A stretch of 64,000 bases of DNA from Azolla caroliniana. Taxonomy: Eukaryota > Plantae > Polypodiophyta. Shown here piece by piece: positions 51,463 through 64,000 of this stretch; position 1 is the first letter of the stretch; each line of letters begins with the position of its first letter. Position numbers and translations under genes: made by a program. Below the pieces are notes generated by a model that did no database searches, was not told where the DNA came from, and worked only from the letters and a program-made list of their open reading frames with translations. The stretch is from contig JBHGNT010000017.1 in NCBI GenBank assembly GCA_043228905.1, positions 12,276,001 through 12,340,000 of the forward strand. Reading direction: 5' to 3'.

Positions 51463-54400
51463 ATCTCAAAATTTTGGAAACACTTGCTTGAGATGCTCAA
51501 AGTCTCTTGTAAACTTTCTTCAAGCTATCATCCGCAAAGTGATGGTCAAACCGAGCGCACAAATCAAACTCTAGAACAATATCTTCGATGTTTCATCAAT
51601 TATCAACAGGATGATTGGGTGAACTTTTTACACTTTGCAACGTTTGCATACAATAATTCGGCTCATTCCTCAACAAGATATACTCCATTTTTTGCAAACA
51701 TAGGATATCATCCCCGTTGGATGATGATCGAACATCCAGAAATCTCGAAAAATCCTGCCGCTGAGAACCATCTACGCCAACTCCAAGAAGTTCATGTTGC
51801 ATTTTCACACCATTTGCAAATGGCGCAAGCCACACACAAGAAGGTTGCAGATTGTCATCGTCTTGACTCCTCACCAGAGGAACCAAAATTTCGAATTGGG
51901 GATCATGTATGGCTATTACGACGTAATGTGAAGACCACTAGACCTTTTGATAAGTTGGATTATCAACGACTTGGTCCATTTATTATCTCTCATAAAATCA
52001 ATGATGTTGCATTCCGCCTTGATCTGCCCCAAATATTTCATGTCTCATTGTTGGAACCTTACAATGTTAGTTCCATTCTAGATTGGGTTGTTCTACCCCC
52101 ACCTCCGGTTGAACTTGTTAATGGACCAGAATTCGAAGTTAAGAATCTTTATTATCTCGTGGACTGGTTAGGTTATACACCTAATGATTGTACTTGGGAA
52201 CCGACCGAGAACCTTGGCAACGCCTCCGATCTAATAGCTGAATTACATCGTCAATATCCAAATAAGTCGAGCCCCAATTCATGCATTACAACTCGTGGAA
52301 CTCGTTATCAAGGGAGATGGTGTCATGAGTAGATGAAACCCCATCAGGTTTAGGGTGACTGGAACCCATGACCTCCTAAGGAGAAGCACTCACCTCTAGC
52401 CATTAGGTTATATATGTTGTACATAAAGATATTATAATTTACTTTATTATAATATTGGTAATGTAACCCTATAAATATCCAAAGGGTGCCATGACCCTTC
52501 AATATCCCAAAGGGTATCATGACCCTACAAACATCCAAGGGGCACATACTACTCCTATATAAATAGGACATATTGTATTGTTAGAACCATTCTGGTCCAA
52601 CACTAGTCTTTGGCAAATATTCTAGTTCTTGCTCTTGTATATTCTCCTATTATAATAAAATATAGTCAATGTTCTCTCTGTCTTTTCCACTCTTGTTCAA
52701 TCTTCTTTTGTCAAGCTAAGGCCTTGACAATCGGTTTATTGGTTTAACGGTTTCTATTAATTTGGTTCGGTTTATAGGTTCTTACCCTACCTTTCCTATT
52801 TTTACTATGGGCATTGGGCATTGGGCATTGGGCATTGGGTAGTAGACTAGTAGTAAGTACAAACTATAGTGGGTAATTGAGCAATGAGTAGTAAGTAGGT
52901 TGTATTTACAAACTACTATCCAACGGAAGGGATTTAGGAGGCCCAGGCGACACTGTGCAGGCTGAGGCGGCAACGACCAATCACCACTTCATTGCTCTTC
53001 AAACTCCAGAGTGCAAACTTCTAAGTTCTAATCATGTTCTTTTCTCCACTCCTCAATTATCCATACTCCAGTCCTCTTGTTCTTGCTATTGCGGCCTATA
53101 ACACATGTATGATTCATGAATCAAATAGGACTTTTGCTTGCATCCATGATCCAAGAAGAAGATTGCTTCATCCTTACCAATTTGTAATGCATCCTTATGT
53201 GACTGTAACTTTTATTGATTTCCCATTAGATTGTCATCCATACCATGTATATTTTTTGGGGAAAATCTTTATGCTCACAATCTTTTATTGATGAGCTATG
53301 TAGATAAGGTATTTGTTTATTCTAAGAGGGATAATTATGAGACCCAATCTCTTTAGTTTGATTGATATACACCAACCCTTGTCAAATGCATTTGATTGCT
53401 ATACACAATGTGTATCACTTTGCATTTGAATCCTTTCAAGTTCGTCCTTGTTTTCCCTTTCAAGTTCGTCCTTTTTGTTGTTCTGAAATCGAGCATAATC
53501 TGCCTCCTTGAGGATGTCTTTAGACTCTATACGAAGGTTGCAATGTTGAGCATGCAAGAACTACAGATTTTCCACAGATGATGTGATCGACCAAAGCATC
53601 ATGTAGCACCTCTAGCCATGGTATTCTCTCATCGTTGGTCAAGGGAATGCCTCCCCTCATCTTCTATGTTGGAAGATATATTGATTTACCAATCATTTGG
53701 TCATATGCATCAAGTTTAATTCAATTATGAAGTTGAATTTAATCACAATACACTAGATCACTGAAACATAATCCAAAATGTGCATATCAATTACAAATCA
53801 TTTGATGTGATACTTGACTTCGGAGAAAGAAAGAGAGATTACATTAAAATCTCTAATGTCCATACTAGTATTCAACTTGTAGGGAGCTTAGACATTGACA
53901 TTTCATTGAGTTTTCTGTTTTGATCTACCTAAATGTGATCATTGGAATTTGGTAAGATGATCAAAGTATTTTTGGAGTAGGTTGTCAAAAGGCATGATCA
54001 TTAAAATTATAAGATGACTACATTGTAATGTAGGGATAACCAATCCATTTGATAATTGTTGTTAAACGATTGAGAAATAGATATTCACATTATTTTGGCA
54101 TTACCAAAATGAGAGGGATTATCAGAACATAAGATTGACACTAAGTGCATGTTCATTTCTTGACATGTAACTTTTACACAAATAGTGTTTATACTTAATA
54201 ATTTCATAAAAGTTGACTCCCATACCTTCTTATGTGCTAATTGAAGTGTTTACATATCTTTCTTTCTCTGAAGTGTAACAATGTATCTTTCTATGTTAAC
54301 ATGTCTTTCTTTCTTTGAAGTGTTTATAACAATTTGGAATTATGGTCTTGTAGAATGTTTGCCATTGGTCATGACGGTTGTTTTGTTGTTCTTAGCTAAC

Positions 54401-54466
54401 TTAGCAAACTTTCTACTTCATTTATTTATCTCATTATCATGTATTGAAATGTGCTAATTGAGCTAA

Positions 54467-56280
54467 TTGAATAGGAACACCATAAAATGGAATCATCATC
54501 TCAAACTAATGCTGCAATGGACTCATCTTCAATTAATGTTAGCCGTGGGTCAACAAGTAGCTCAAGAAAAAGGCAACACACATCATGGACAAATGCTCAC
54601 ACCATATTTTATATGGATAATTGCACACCTTGACGACGATGCCATCATTGCCATGTTTGTTGGTCTTCTACAACACCACAGGCACTATAGTCAAGCATTT
54701 AGCAGAAAAGCATCGTTTATCAAGCAACCTAGACCAAAATTCAGGTATATCACAACACATTCAATCTTCAATTGAGTCTGCTAAAGTATCTCATGTTTTA
54801 GCGAAGAAAATTGATGGTGCCATCATGAAGTATATTCTGAAGGGAACATTGCCCCATGCACATGTGGAATCACCTGAATTTGAGGAGTTCATACAACAAA
54901 TTGTACCCGGATATCAAGTAAAGACAAGATGCACGATTAAGCGTTCCATCCTAGAAATGTATGTGGTATTGCGCCACCAGGTGATAGATTTGCTATTGAC
55001 ATGCCAATCAAGATTTTCCATAACTTTTGATGGTTGGTCAAATAGTAGTCTAAAGGGCTTCTACTCAGTGACACTTCATTGGGCATGTCATGAGACAACA
55101 AGCTCGAGGTCAATGTTATTGGATTTTGTGCATGTATTTCTAGGTGTTGGATCAAGGAAGCGTTGTGCACATGCCCTCTTTGCTCGACTTCAATCCTTTG
55201 ATATTTCTAGTTGCCTCTTAGCTACAATTTTTGATGGAACAAGTGATGCACATGTCGCTGCAAAGGAGTTGAGCATGTTGTTACAAGATGAGCATGGTAA
55301 GGAAAGTTTGGCTCCATCACATATGTTAAGATGTATGGTACACACTTTTCAGTTGGATATCAAGGCAACATTAGAGGTTACTCACCCTCAATAGAAAAGT
55401 TGAGAACAATGCTCCATACTATTAGATCCAGCAAGGTTCGAAGGGAAGTGATTAGGAAGTATGCTAGGATGGTTGAACATCATGAAAGGGAACCCCCAAG
55501 GCTTGATGTTGTTACAAGATGGAATTCTACCTTGGAAATGTTTAGGCAAGCTATCAAGGATAGAGATGTATTGAATTTTACAATTTCAAATTTAACAATA
55601 TCAAGTGATTTCAATGGTTATGCCTTAACCGTAGAAGATTGGAGTCACATACATGCCATGGAGGAATGGCTAGATACACCGGCCGAGGTTTCTACTTTTC
55701 TAGGAGGGTCAAGATATCCGACATTATCACTAGCATATAATTGTTTACTAAATCATTGCAATCAAATTTTAGGTTCTTCACTTCCAGGATCATCTAGATT
55801 CGCACAAGAGGTGCTTCAAAGAGTGTCTAACAACTACTTACAATATTTAATTAAATATCAAGAATCGTGAAAGTCTATTCCATGTCGCATAGCAATGCTT
55901 CTTGATCCCATGTAATGCTTACCTTTATGTCGTACAATTGTCGTCATGATTTCTGATTTTTTATTTGAGTTAAAAACCGTTTTATTTGTTTTATAGATTG
56001 CCTCTTCCAAATAATCATACAGAAAGAGAGTTAGATATTAAGTTGGTTGAAAGCATGATTGATTCCCATTATCACTTGTTCACGAGTGATGTTGAACCAC
56101 CTTTGGCTTCAACCACAATACATGAAAATGATATGAACTCTAAAATTTGGAGGTTAATGGGTGTAAATAATAAAAGTCTTGTTTCTGATTCACGGTCAGA
56201 AATTGAGCACTTTATGAGACTTCCTTCGGCTGGCACGGACAAGGATCCTTTACAATGGTGGAATGATAATAAATCTGCAT
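54467..56280 (+). pseudogene. hAT (Ac-like) transposase, frameshifted and truncated
   Basis: SITFDGWS, RCMVHTFQL, DVVTRWNSTLEM, YPTLS, LLDP and DPLQWW (start of the dimerisation domain). Confidence 0.9.
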
Positions 56281-57394
56281 CCCAAGTTGACAAGCTTCAC
56301 ATACCTAGGCCTTCCGGCTAGTTAACTCAGGCAGTCCGGAAACAACATGTTTCAACTAGAGTTCTTGAAGCTTCTGATAGTTAATGTGGTTGATCTGCTT
56401 GTGCCACAGGTTGATGTCGGATTTGACCTTTTGTCCTTTTGCAAACATTGTGACACCAACTTCATATGTCTCGAAGATAAACATCCTCCCATTTCAACGT
56501 CCACGCGTGATCAGCCGACCCTCGTCCTCGATGAAGAAACTGAGGTGATTAAACCGTACATGCATGCCTTAATCGACGATTTGTCGGACAAATACTAGGT
56601 TTTTCTCAATCGGTCGAACATGCAGTAACTTCCGCATAACCCCCTTTTATCCGACATGATTGAGTGGTACATCGTCTACGTGCTCGATGGGGTGCGTGGT
56701 GTTGTCACCTGTTTCAACAACTCTCGGCTGCTCCGACTTCTTAAGGGAGGAGAACCATTCCGTATGGCTCCTGATGTGGTTTGATGCTCCGGAATCTACA
56801 TACCACACCTCCTCCAACTTAGATATGTGAGCTCCCATCTAATTCACCTTGTGCTTCATCACAAGAGCCTGGCCCGTTCCGGCTAGCCCTAAGCCTCCAA
56901 CAAAGTGTGATTTGTGACACCTATCTGCGTCTCCACGACTCGATCTAGATCTATCCAAAGCTGCACGCTTCTTCCAACACTTGCTTTCTCTATGGCCCTT
57001 ATGGCCACAGTACCATCAGTCGGGCGCAGTCTTTCCTTGCTGGTTTCTGGCACCGCCTTGACTCCCCCTGCTCTTGGAGGGTCCGGAATTGTTGTCGGCA
57101 TTCCTAAAGCAACATAGATTGTAGCTTGATGAACGATGGCATATTCTCTCTTGTGCAGACTGCTGTTTAGAATGATCCAAACTTATGCACCATACCTCTG
57201 AGCATTCCTATTATGCCTATGGTTCATTCCTTTCGGCCGCCTCCATTGCGTGTTGACCTGCCTTGTCCACCACAACCATGGGGCCGATCCGCCTCCATGT
57301 ACAACATCTTGTTGTCGGCGTGTGTGCTTGTCGACGCACCCGTGTGGTATTCTTCAAGAAGCAACATAGATTGTAGCTCGAAGAACGATGACGT

Positions 57395-58636
57395 TGTGCG
57401 GATCGTGAGGCAAAACCGTCGGGGTTATGGACGGGAAGGAAATAGGGCTCACACACACAACACAAGGAAGTCTTGTACAAACAAGGCACTAGTATTTGAA
57501 CGTGTTTGTGAAAAGGAGAGGTGCATGGGCAAGCCCGAATCAACCCCTAGTCACAAGGCGAACAAATGCACATGAGGAAGGCTTACACACGGACACACAA
57601 GGAAGGCTTATAGAAACAAGGCACGAGTATTTGAACATGTTTGTGAAAACGAGATGTGCATGGGCAAGCCTGAATCAACCCCTAGAAACAAGACACACAA
57701 ACAGATAAGCACAAATGCCAATAACATATAAGACACATAAGTTTGAATGCCTTTGTGAAAGGAGAGGTGCATGGGCAAGCTCAAAACACTCCCTTGTCAC
57801 AAGACACACAAACAAATAAGTACAAATGAAGATAACATATAAGACACGTAAATTTGACAACATTTGTGAAAGGAGAGGTGCATGGGCAAGCCCGAAACAC
57901 TCCCTTGTCACTAGGCACACAAACAAATAAGCAAAAATGACGATAACATATAAGATACGTAGGTGAAACCAAAAATTATTTTATTGCAATATAATAGATT
58001 CTTTTATAAATTAAGAATCAATTTTACAACGGGTTTGATATGAATATGAGAGATAATTTATAAAGAAAGGGGGAAGAGGGGTGGAGGAAAGAAGAGAGTG
58101 GAATATAGAAGAAGGTAATTCTTTGTTGATGATGCCTTTGGATGTTGTTGATCCTGCTTCTTTTTCCTTCCAATTGAGTAGAGCTTCCGCGTTCCTTCTA
58201 CCTCCCCCCTTCTTCATTAGAATAGGCTCTTATTTATAGGTTTAGGATTGCTTGCCTTTTCCCCCCTAAATACAAGCTTGTATATATGAGTCAACTTTTC
58301 TTTTCCTCACTATTTTTTTTTTCTAGCCCCAAAATTCACATGCAAGATATTCTTGGGAAGCTCTTTGGGTTAGCTTTCTTATGCATATCTTCTTTTCTAA
58401 TTTGGACATTTGACGAGGAAATTGTGAGCTTTTTCCTCTACTGTGCTCCTCATATCCACGCCTAACTTTTCTTTTCCCATCTTTTTCTCTACTTTTGTCT
58501 ACTTTCGAAAACCGCTTCTAACTTTTTATCCTTTCATTTATTATTATAGTTGAATTAACAACACTAGATTATTTGGACTACTATTTTATTCTCTTTTGAG
58601 GGTGGTTTCACACTATGTGTCGAAAACATCATGACA
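57395..58636. mobile_element. Solo-LTR-like insertion with ~120-bp internal repeats
   Basis: TG..CA ends flanked by an ACGT duplication. Interrupts copia gag. Repeats of GAGAGGTGCATGGGCAAGC at 57480-57960 and a minus-strand TATA near 58230. Confidence 0.7.
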
Positions 58637-60864
58637 ACGTATTCTCTCTCGTGTAAATCGTTGTTCGGAATGATCTGAACTTATGCGCCAGACCTCCATG
58701 GCAAACCTACACCATCTCGTCCTCTTCAACCATCACGGTGATGGAGTTGAGCGAGTTATAGATCTCCTTGATCTTCGAGGTTAATCAACCACCGACATGT
58801 CTCTCTGTCAAACATTGCTCAACTCTTGTTAAAGATGTAGCCCTCTAGCTGTTGCGCTTGCGGCAAAAATCTTTTTCACATTTCCCCCCCAAGCATCCTT
58901 TGGTGTTTTGGCATCCTGGATGTAGCTTAGTAGTTGAACTTCAACATTGGATGTGAAGCAGTACATAACTCTACTTGCCGCCTCCTCCCAGGATGGAAAG
59001 TCCATATGTGTTGCATCTGGTGTCGCATCAGTAGCTTGTTTTACTTAGCTCCAATATCTATCTGAGGAGATATTGGTGCATCTTATACAATCCAGATGCA
59101 TAGTTGTTTCTGTCGAGCTTCTCTATTAGAACCAAGTTGCCCATGGCTTTGTCCATATTCCTGTTGTTTTGGAAGAAGGAATGTCTCTATATAGTCTTTT
59201 CTTTTCGGTCAATTGCAGAGGATTCTCAACCCTCGTGCTATGATACCATGTAAAAAGATATGTGCGGAAGCGTATGAAACACACCGAGTGCTATTCGTGG
59301 AACAAAAGCCACAAGGTGTGAAACGAATCATAAAAAGGAGATGAGTAGGTCAAGTATGAAAAGGAGAAATGAGTTGAGCACTGGCAGCTGAGGAAGGTAA
59401 ACCGAAATGCAAGCAACCGTGAATAAAGGCCGAGAATCAGGGGGAAGTAGTTGAAGCACGTAGGCTATATAAATCGTGAAGAAGTGGAAGGAAAGGGAGA
59501 CCAAACATATCCTGTTAAAAGCTAGCGTGATACAATCTAGATTAGAAGACCTGTACTAAGAGAGAGAGAGAGAGAGAGAGAGAGTTACCGATTTATAATC
59601 AGTTGGTATTACCTCTTGTAATATTTTCTATTTCGAAGATTAATACATATACTATTTAGGTCATCCCAGTGTCTGTCTCATCTAAAAACACGTTCGCATT
59701 CACAAGTGGAAGGATCACACATTCCACTTGTAGAATCTTCTTGAAAATATCCAAATATACCCTCTCTACAAAAAATGGATGCACTAGTATCACATGTTCC
59801 ACAACTTGATTAGAATTTGCAAATATAAAAATACATGATAGGTCTTTGAGTGGAGAACATTAGAAATTCAAATAAGTTTGGATGTATTGATAAGTTAATG
59901 TAGGCATAATAAAGTTCAACAATGGCTCAATATCTCACTAATGTGCGATATGGCAAACACTCAGTTAAAGACTTATATTATTTTGGTAAGTTTTACAAAA
60001 ATATGAGGTGTACTTGTAACCATACTAATAAAATGAGTTATAATTTATACTTTGACCCATACTTGTATGTATATAATTGTGGACAATGTAGGATAGTGAA
60101 CTTTAGGATAATGTGATTGGAATAACAAACTTATTAAGGTATTTAATACTTGTAGTTAAAGTTTATCTAATCTAGTCCTTAGTTTGTTTGCATGGGATCA
60201 AACCATATGTATATAATTGTGGACAATGTAAGACAATGAACTTTAGGACAATGTGATGGAAATAACCAACCTATTAAGGCTTTCAATACTTGTATTTAAA
60301 ATTGATCTAATCTATTCCTTAGGTGATTCACACGGGATCAAACTCCGAACGATAATGCTAGTGGAACTACAAGTGTATAAAAACATGTGGATATTGCTGA
60401 GAGGTGTGCTCCAAGGTCATGCAACTAATGGGACAACGTGGCATCGACCATTATCAACACACTACACAATCTAAGCAGCAATGGAAGAGAAACATAATAG
60501 TTTTAGCAATAGAAGCCAAAGATCTATAATATATGGATTGGTATATATTAGACACAGAATGACAATCTTGACAATTGATCACAAATAACAACATGGACAG
60601 TCATGGCAACAATTCTACGAGCATGTTATGTAAAGGTAAAGTTTGACCAAAATCAGCCTTAATGCAAACTAATTCATGTTTCTCCATATTGGAAGTCAAC
60701 AATACACGCGGTGAAACCAATGTCATAATTCAACAAACCAAGTATATAGAAATAAAATTGAAACATATAGAAGAATATAAAGAATGGAATACGCCTAGTA
60801 GAACCCAAAATTTGTATTAGTAATGTGAATTCAAAACAATACATTTTGTCAATAAAAGAGTCTA

Positions 60865-63414
60865 TTACATAGCAATCAAATCGTCAATGTCATTTTCTTC
60901 TTCATCTCTTATAGAATTCTCTTCGGCTATACGTGCATTGTCTTCCCCTGTTAGTAGAGCCACCGTAAGATTTTCTATAAGCTCATCGTCAAGCTCAATT
61001 AGCTCCCCCGGTTCCCCAGCTAACAGAAGAATAGGCTCTCGCAAAGCTGGTTGAAACCTTTCAGTATCAGCGATGTGCTTTGCACCGACCTCCTCGTCTT
61101 GGTCTGGGCACTCCCACAAAGCCTTAATCCTCATGTTTATAAATATAACCTGCTCCTCGTCCTTTTCCAATGCAATTGTGTTTCTAAAGAGCTTCAATGC
61201 ACATGCATACGTTGTCCTGTGAAGAAAGCAACAAGAAGAATTTGTTTTCAAACAAAAAAGAATCAGTATTGGTTATCTCAAGAACGTAAACCTAGTTCGA
61301 GGAATACCTGTGCCAGAAAAGAGGTCTAATATCCAATCTCCTTCTATAGAAAACATCTTGATCAAGCACATCATAAGTTGTTGAGGTTTTTGGTATGGGT
61401 TGACAAGTCTCCGTTCTATCGTCGTGACATGTCGCAATTTCCGTGTCACTGCTGGATATACCAACAGATTTGAACCTCCGACTTCATTAGAATGCTCCTT
61501 GATTCATTGTTTCTTTATTTCATCGAAGTAGCCAACCATAATGTATTCAATGGCATTTACGAACTGAAAGGTTGTCCCTCTATTGACATTGGTTTTTATC
61601 CTATAACAAATATTGCATCGAGTTAAGAATAGACTCAACAATATTAAGAAAGGCAATATAGTGAATGAGACTTATAAATAATCCTTACCAATGGAAGGTT
61701 CTCAATGCCATGGCAATGAGATCTCAAAGCTTGAGCTCCCGAGTACCCTTGGTCCATACTATGAAAGACAACTATCCTCCACAAGGATGTAGTCATTAGC
61801 TCAACAAAAGCCTTGACCATCTTCTCTAATTGTTTGAACCTAAAAGGTTCATCGTCGTATGATGACCCTGCCATTTGAAATCCGTATGGAATATCAACAA
61901 TCATTAACGTATATTCCTTCTTTGGCACTTTCTGGATCATGTCAACGACATCGCGGCAAATCACTTTGTAGTAAAGATCTTTAGTAATTTCCTTAATTTC
62001 GTACGCCTTGACTAAGCGACGATCCTTTTCTTTTCTGGCTCTCTCAAGATGTGCAAGGAAGGATGTCAGGAAATCGTGTATATCCTTAACTTCTCCTGGT
62101 TTCTTGCCATGACACGGTTTCTAATAGAAGCAATAAGACATCAAGGATTATTACACAACCTCTACATATGAGGAAACTTTATGAAAAAGACCAATACTAA
62201 CCTAATCCATGAATACAATAAAATACTTGGATAATCACTTACATGATGACGTTAGAGGATAATCCTCGGTCACTTGTTCCCAAGTTATACATCCAAGTTG
62301 TTTGATCATAACTTCTTGGATCTTCATGTACACCTTATGACTGTGAAATTAGAAAACGAGATTAGAACTTTCGATTGCACCATATTGAATTCAATATCAC
62401 TATTTGAAAGACTTATTTATTGAACTCAGTGACCATTTCTTCAAGGCTTAAATCTTTGGCCACTGTTACACACAGTGCTCGGCCACAACCGAGGAATAGG
62501 ATCAACTCACAGAAAACAGGAAATACAAAATGCACGAAGACAATAGAGAGAAGAGTACACAGGATATTTTACGTGGAAAACCCTAAATGGGAAAAACCAC
62601 GGGAGTCCTCAAACTCCAACTATCACTATGAACAGAGATGTACAATGGTGAAGCTACAAGGCAACAACCTTGAGCTCACTGTCTTCGCCACAGTCGGCGG
62701 TAATACACAGAGGCAACGACCTCTTCGTCTCTCTCTCTATCTCTCTCTCGGCTGCTCTCTTCACTCCCTCTAAGTGAACACAGAAAATATGAGCAACAAC
62801 ATCAACTGTTTGCCCTAAGTCATATTTATACACATATGACTTTCGGGCTATTTACAAATATAGCCTCAAGGGCCCTTGGCAAACATATTCACAAATATGT
62901 CCCCGCATCCGGATCTCTCTCCGGGTACATTCATCATCCGGCTCCGTAGCCGGGATCTTCATCATCCGGCTCCGTAGCCGGGTACTCTTCATCCTCCGGT
63001 ACCGTAACCGCAACCGGGCTTGCCGTCATTCATCTCCGGACATCCCATCCGGAGGGACCGAAATCCCAACAGGCCACAACCCTTGACAAAACAGACGCAA
63101 GAAGCTGCTCCTCAATACCTTGCATCTCTCTCCACGGAGACAAATTCATGTCGTCAATCGCTTCTTCAATTGTCAAATCAATTTTCTTGGCTGCTTGTGA
63201 TTTTAATTCTAGCTGAGGGTTCCTGTATAAAACCCCCACTTTAAACAGGAACTCGATGCGGCGAATCGCGTTCCCCATGATAATAGAGACCTCTAGAAAG
63301 GAACTCGATACCCTATATCTAGTTCTAGCGATTGAAAAACATATTTTAAAAAAAAGTGTCTCTACAGTTAGGTGCTTACTTGGTATCTTGGTACTCACTC
63401 TTCTTAGAAGACAT
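60865..63414 (-). pseudogene. Intron-containing beta-class DNA amino-methyltransferase (N6-adenine/N4-cytosine, N6_N4_Mtase-like) with N-terminal extension
   Basis: KVICRDVVDMIQKVP..LMIVDIPYG (motif IV), WIKTN..EYIMVGY, NPYQKP..LIKMFS.EGDWILDLFSGTGTT.ACALKLFRNTIALEKD (motifs X, I, II). Exons ~63240-62417 (split by LTR), 62340-62202, 62120-61689, 61600-61308 and 61216-60865, with introns of 76-91 nt. Contains stops and 1-nt phase slips. Confidence 0.85.
62464..63071. mobile_element. Solo LTR inserted in an exon of the methyltransferase gene
   Basis: TG..CA ends, flanking direct repeat GGCCAC (62458-62463 and 63072-63077), same family as 36329-37189. Confidence 0.9.
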
Positions 63415-63520
63415 GATTGCCGTGGTAGATGCTAACGGGGAGATGATGATTGGTGATGCGTGCTTTGGGCTCTATGTGCTTCTGTTCTACGCGTGAGTGA
63501 TCGCGAAATCAGGGGGTCTT

Positions 63521-63530
63521 CCTTTTTATA
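63521..63530 (-). promoter_or_regulatory. Candidate TATA box for the methyltransferase gene
   Basis: TATAAAAAGG about 110 nt upstream of an ATG (63414) that is followed by a GTGAGT donor (63398). Confidence 0.45.
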
Positions 63531-64000
63531 GGGATTGACCACTGTGGTTAAAGTAACCACAATTACTTTAACCATGGTTGGTAAGCGTTAGGGCCTAAAT
63601 GTGACGGGTTAGTATAAAAGTTTTTTGACAGGCATTTTTTAAAGATGTATGTCATTAGACACAAGAGTGCAAAAACTAAGAAGTCATTTGACATACAAAT
63701 TTTAATAATGAATCTTTTATATGATGCTTTACCAATTTTAATAATGAAAGTTCTATATGATGTTTCATTGTTATACATTACATTACTATAGAAAGTGCAC
63801 AAAGATGCACAAATAAACATAACTACCTCATAAAGATAATGAAATACATAAAATTAATATCGTGTTAATGTTTTTACTAATAAGTATGAAAAAAAAGGTT
63901 AGTAAAAATTTAGTTTTAACTTGATATTTTATGTAAGTAAAAAAATTTAGTTTTAACTTAAAACTTAAAACATTAAAATCAAACTTAGAGTTATACACTC

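Larger units (their letters stand above)
37549..52729 (+). mobile_element. Chromovirus-type Ty3/gypsy (family B), full length but decayed, with nested insertions
   Basis: LTRs at 37549-~37978 and 52321-52729. Gag, Zn knuckle, protease, RT (YLDD), RNaseH (ADASD), integrase (SDRGPQF, GQTER) and chromodomain (YLVDWLGY..TWEP). PPT at 52310-52320. Confidence 0.95.
37445..56280 (+). mobile_element. hAT DNA transposon remnant (5' end present, 3' end deleted), hosting nested gypsy elements
   Basis: Terminus TAGCAATGGGCACGG with AAACCG/CGGTT subterminal repeats on both sides of the gypsy insertion. Transposase fragments lie downstream. Confidence 0.75.
28341..59290 (-). mobile_element. Old Ty1/copia element split by nested insertions (pieces ~28341-29636, 35308-36328, 37190-37444, 56281-57394, 58637-59290)
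   Basis: Collinear 3' LTR remnant (ends 28613), RNaseH/RT, integrase, protease (WYVDSGASNH), gag, PBS at ~59237-59248 and 5' LTR start at 59249. Sequence is continuous across most insertion junctions. Confidence 0.7.

Noticed and set aside
59290-60860. LTR-like segment and a ~140-bp duplication (60066-60340) as possible boundary of an element carrying the methyltransferase
   Set aside because: No TIR, TSD or Helitron end could be identified with confidence.

Overview
Eukaryotic, plant-type repetitive window. The TE families and intron style suggest a non-seed land plant such as a fern or lycophyte, but this is inference. Most of it is nested transposons: several Ty1/copia copies, two self-priming chromovirus-type Ty3/gypsy families, an Athila-like deletion derivative carrying a second aspartic protease, a hAT remnant and several solo LTRs. 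There is one intact host gene, a 4-exon STP-family sugar/H+ symporter (22568-24744, minus) with substitutions at sugar-binding residues. Two features stand out. (1) A ~15 kb (9.6 kb net) Sola2-type DNA transposon at 3403-18472, with 25-bp TIRs and a 4-bp ATAG TSD. It carries an intron-containing DDD transposase and a convergent multi-exon cargo gene (RING-H2 plus degenerate FCP1/NIF-like domain), and its large introns are arrays of a 14-bp palindrome. (2) A spliced, TATA-preceded, now pseudogenised bacterial-type beta-class N6-adenine/N4-cytosine DNA methyltransferase gene (~60865-63414, minus), interrupted by a solo LTR. All family assignments come from motif recognition by eye, without database searches.
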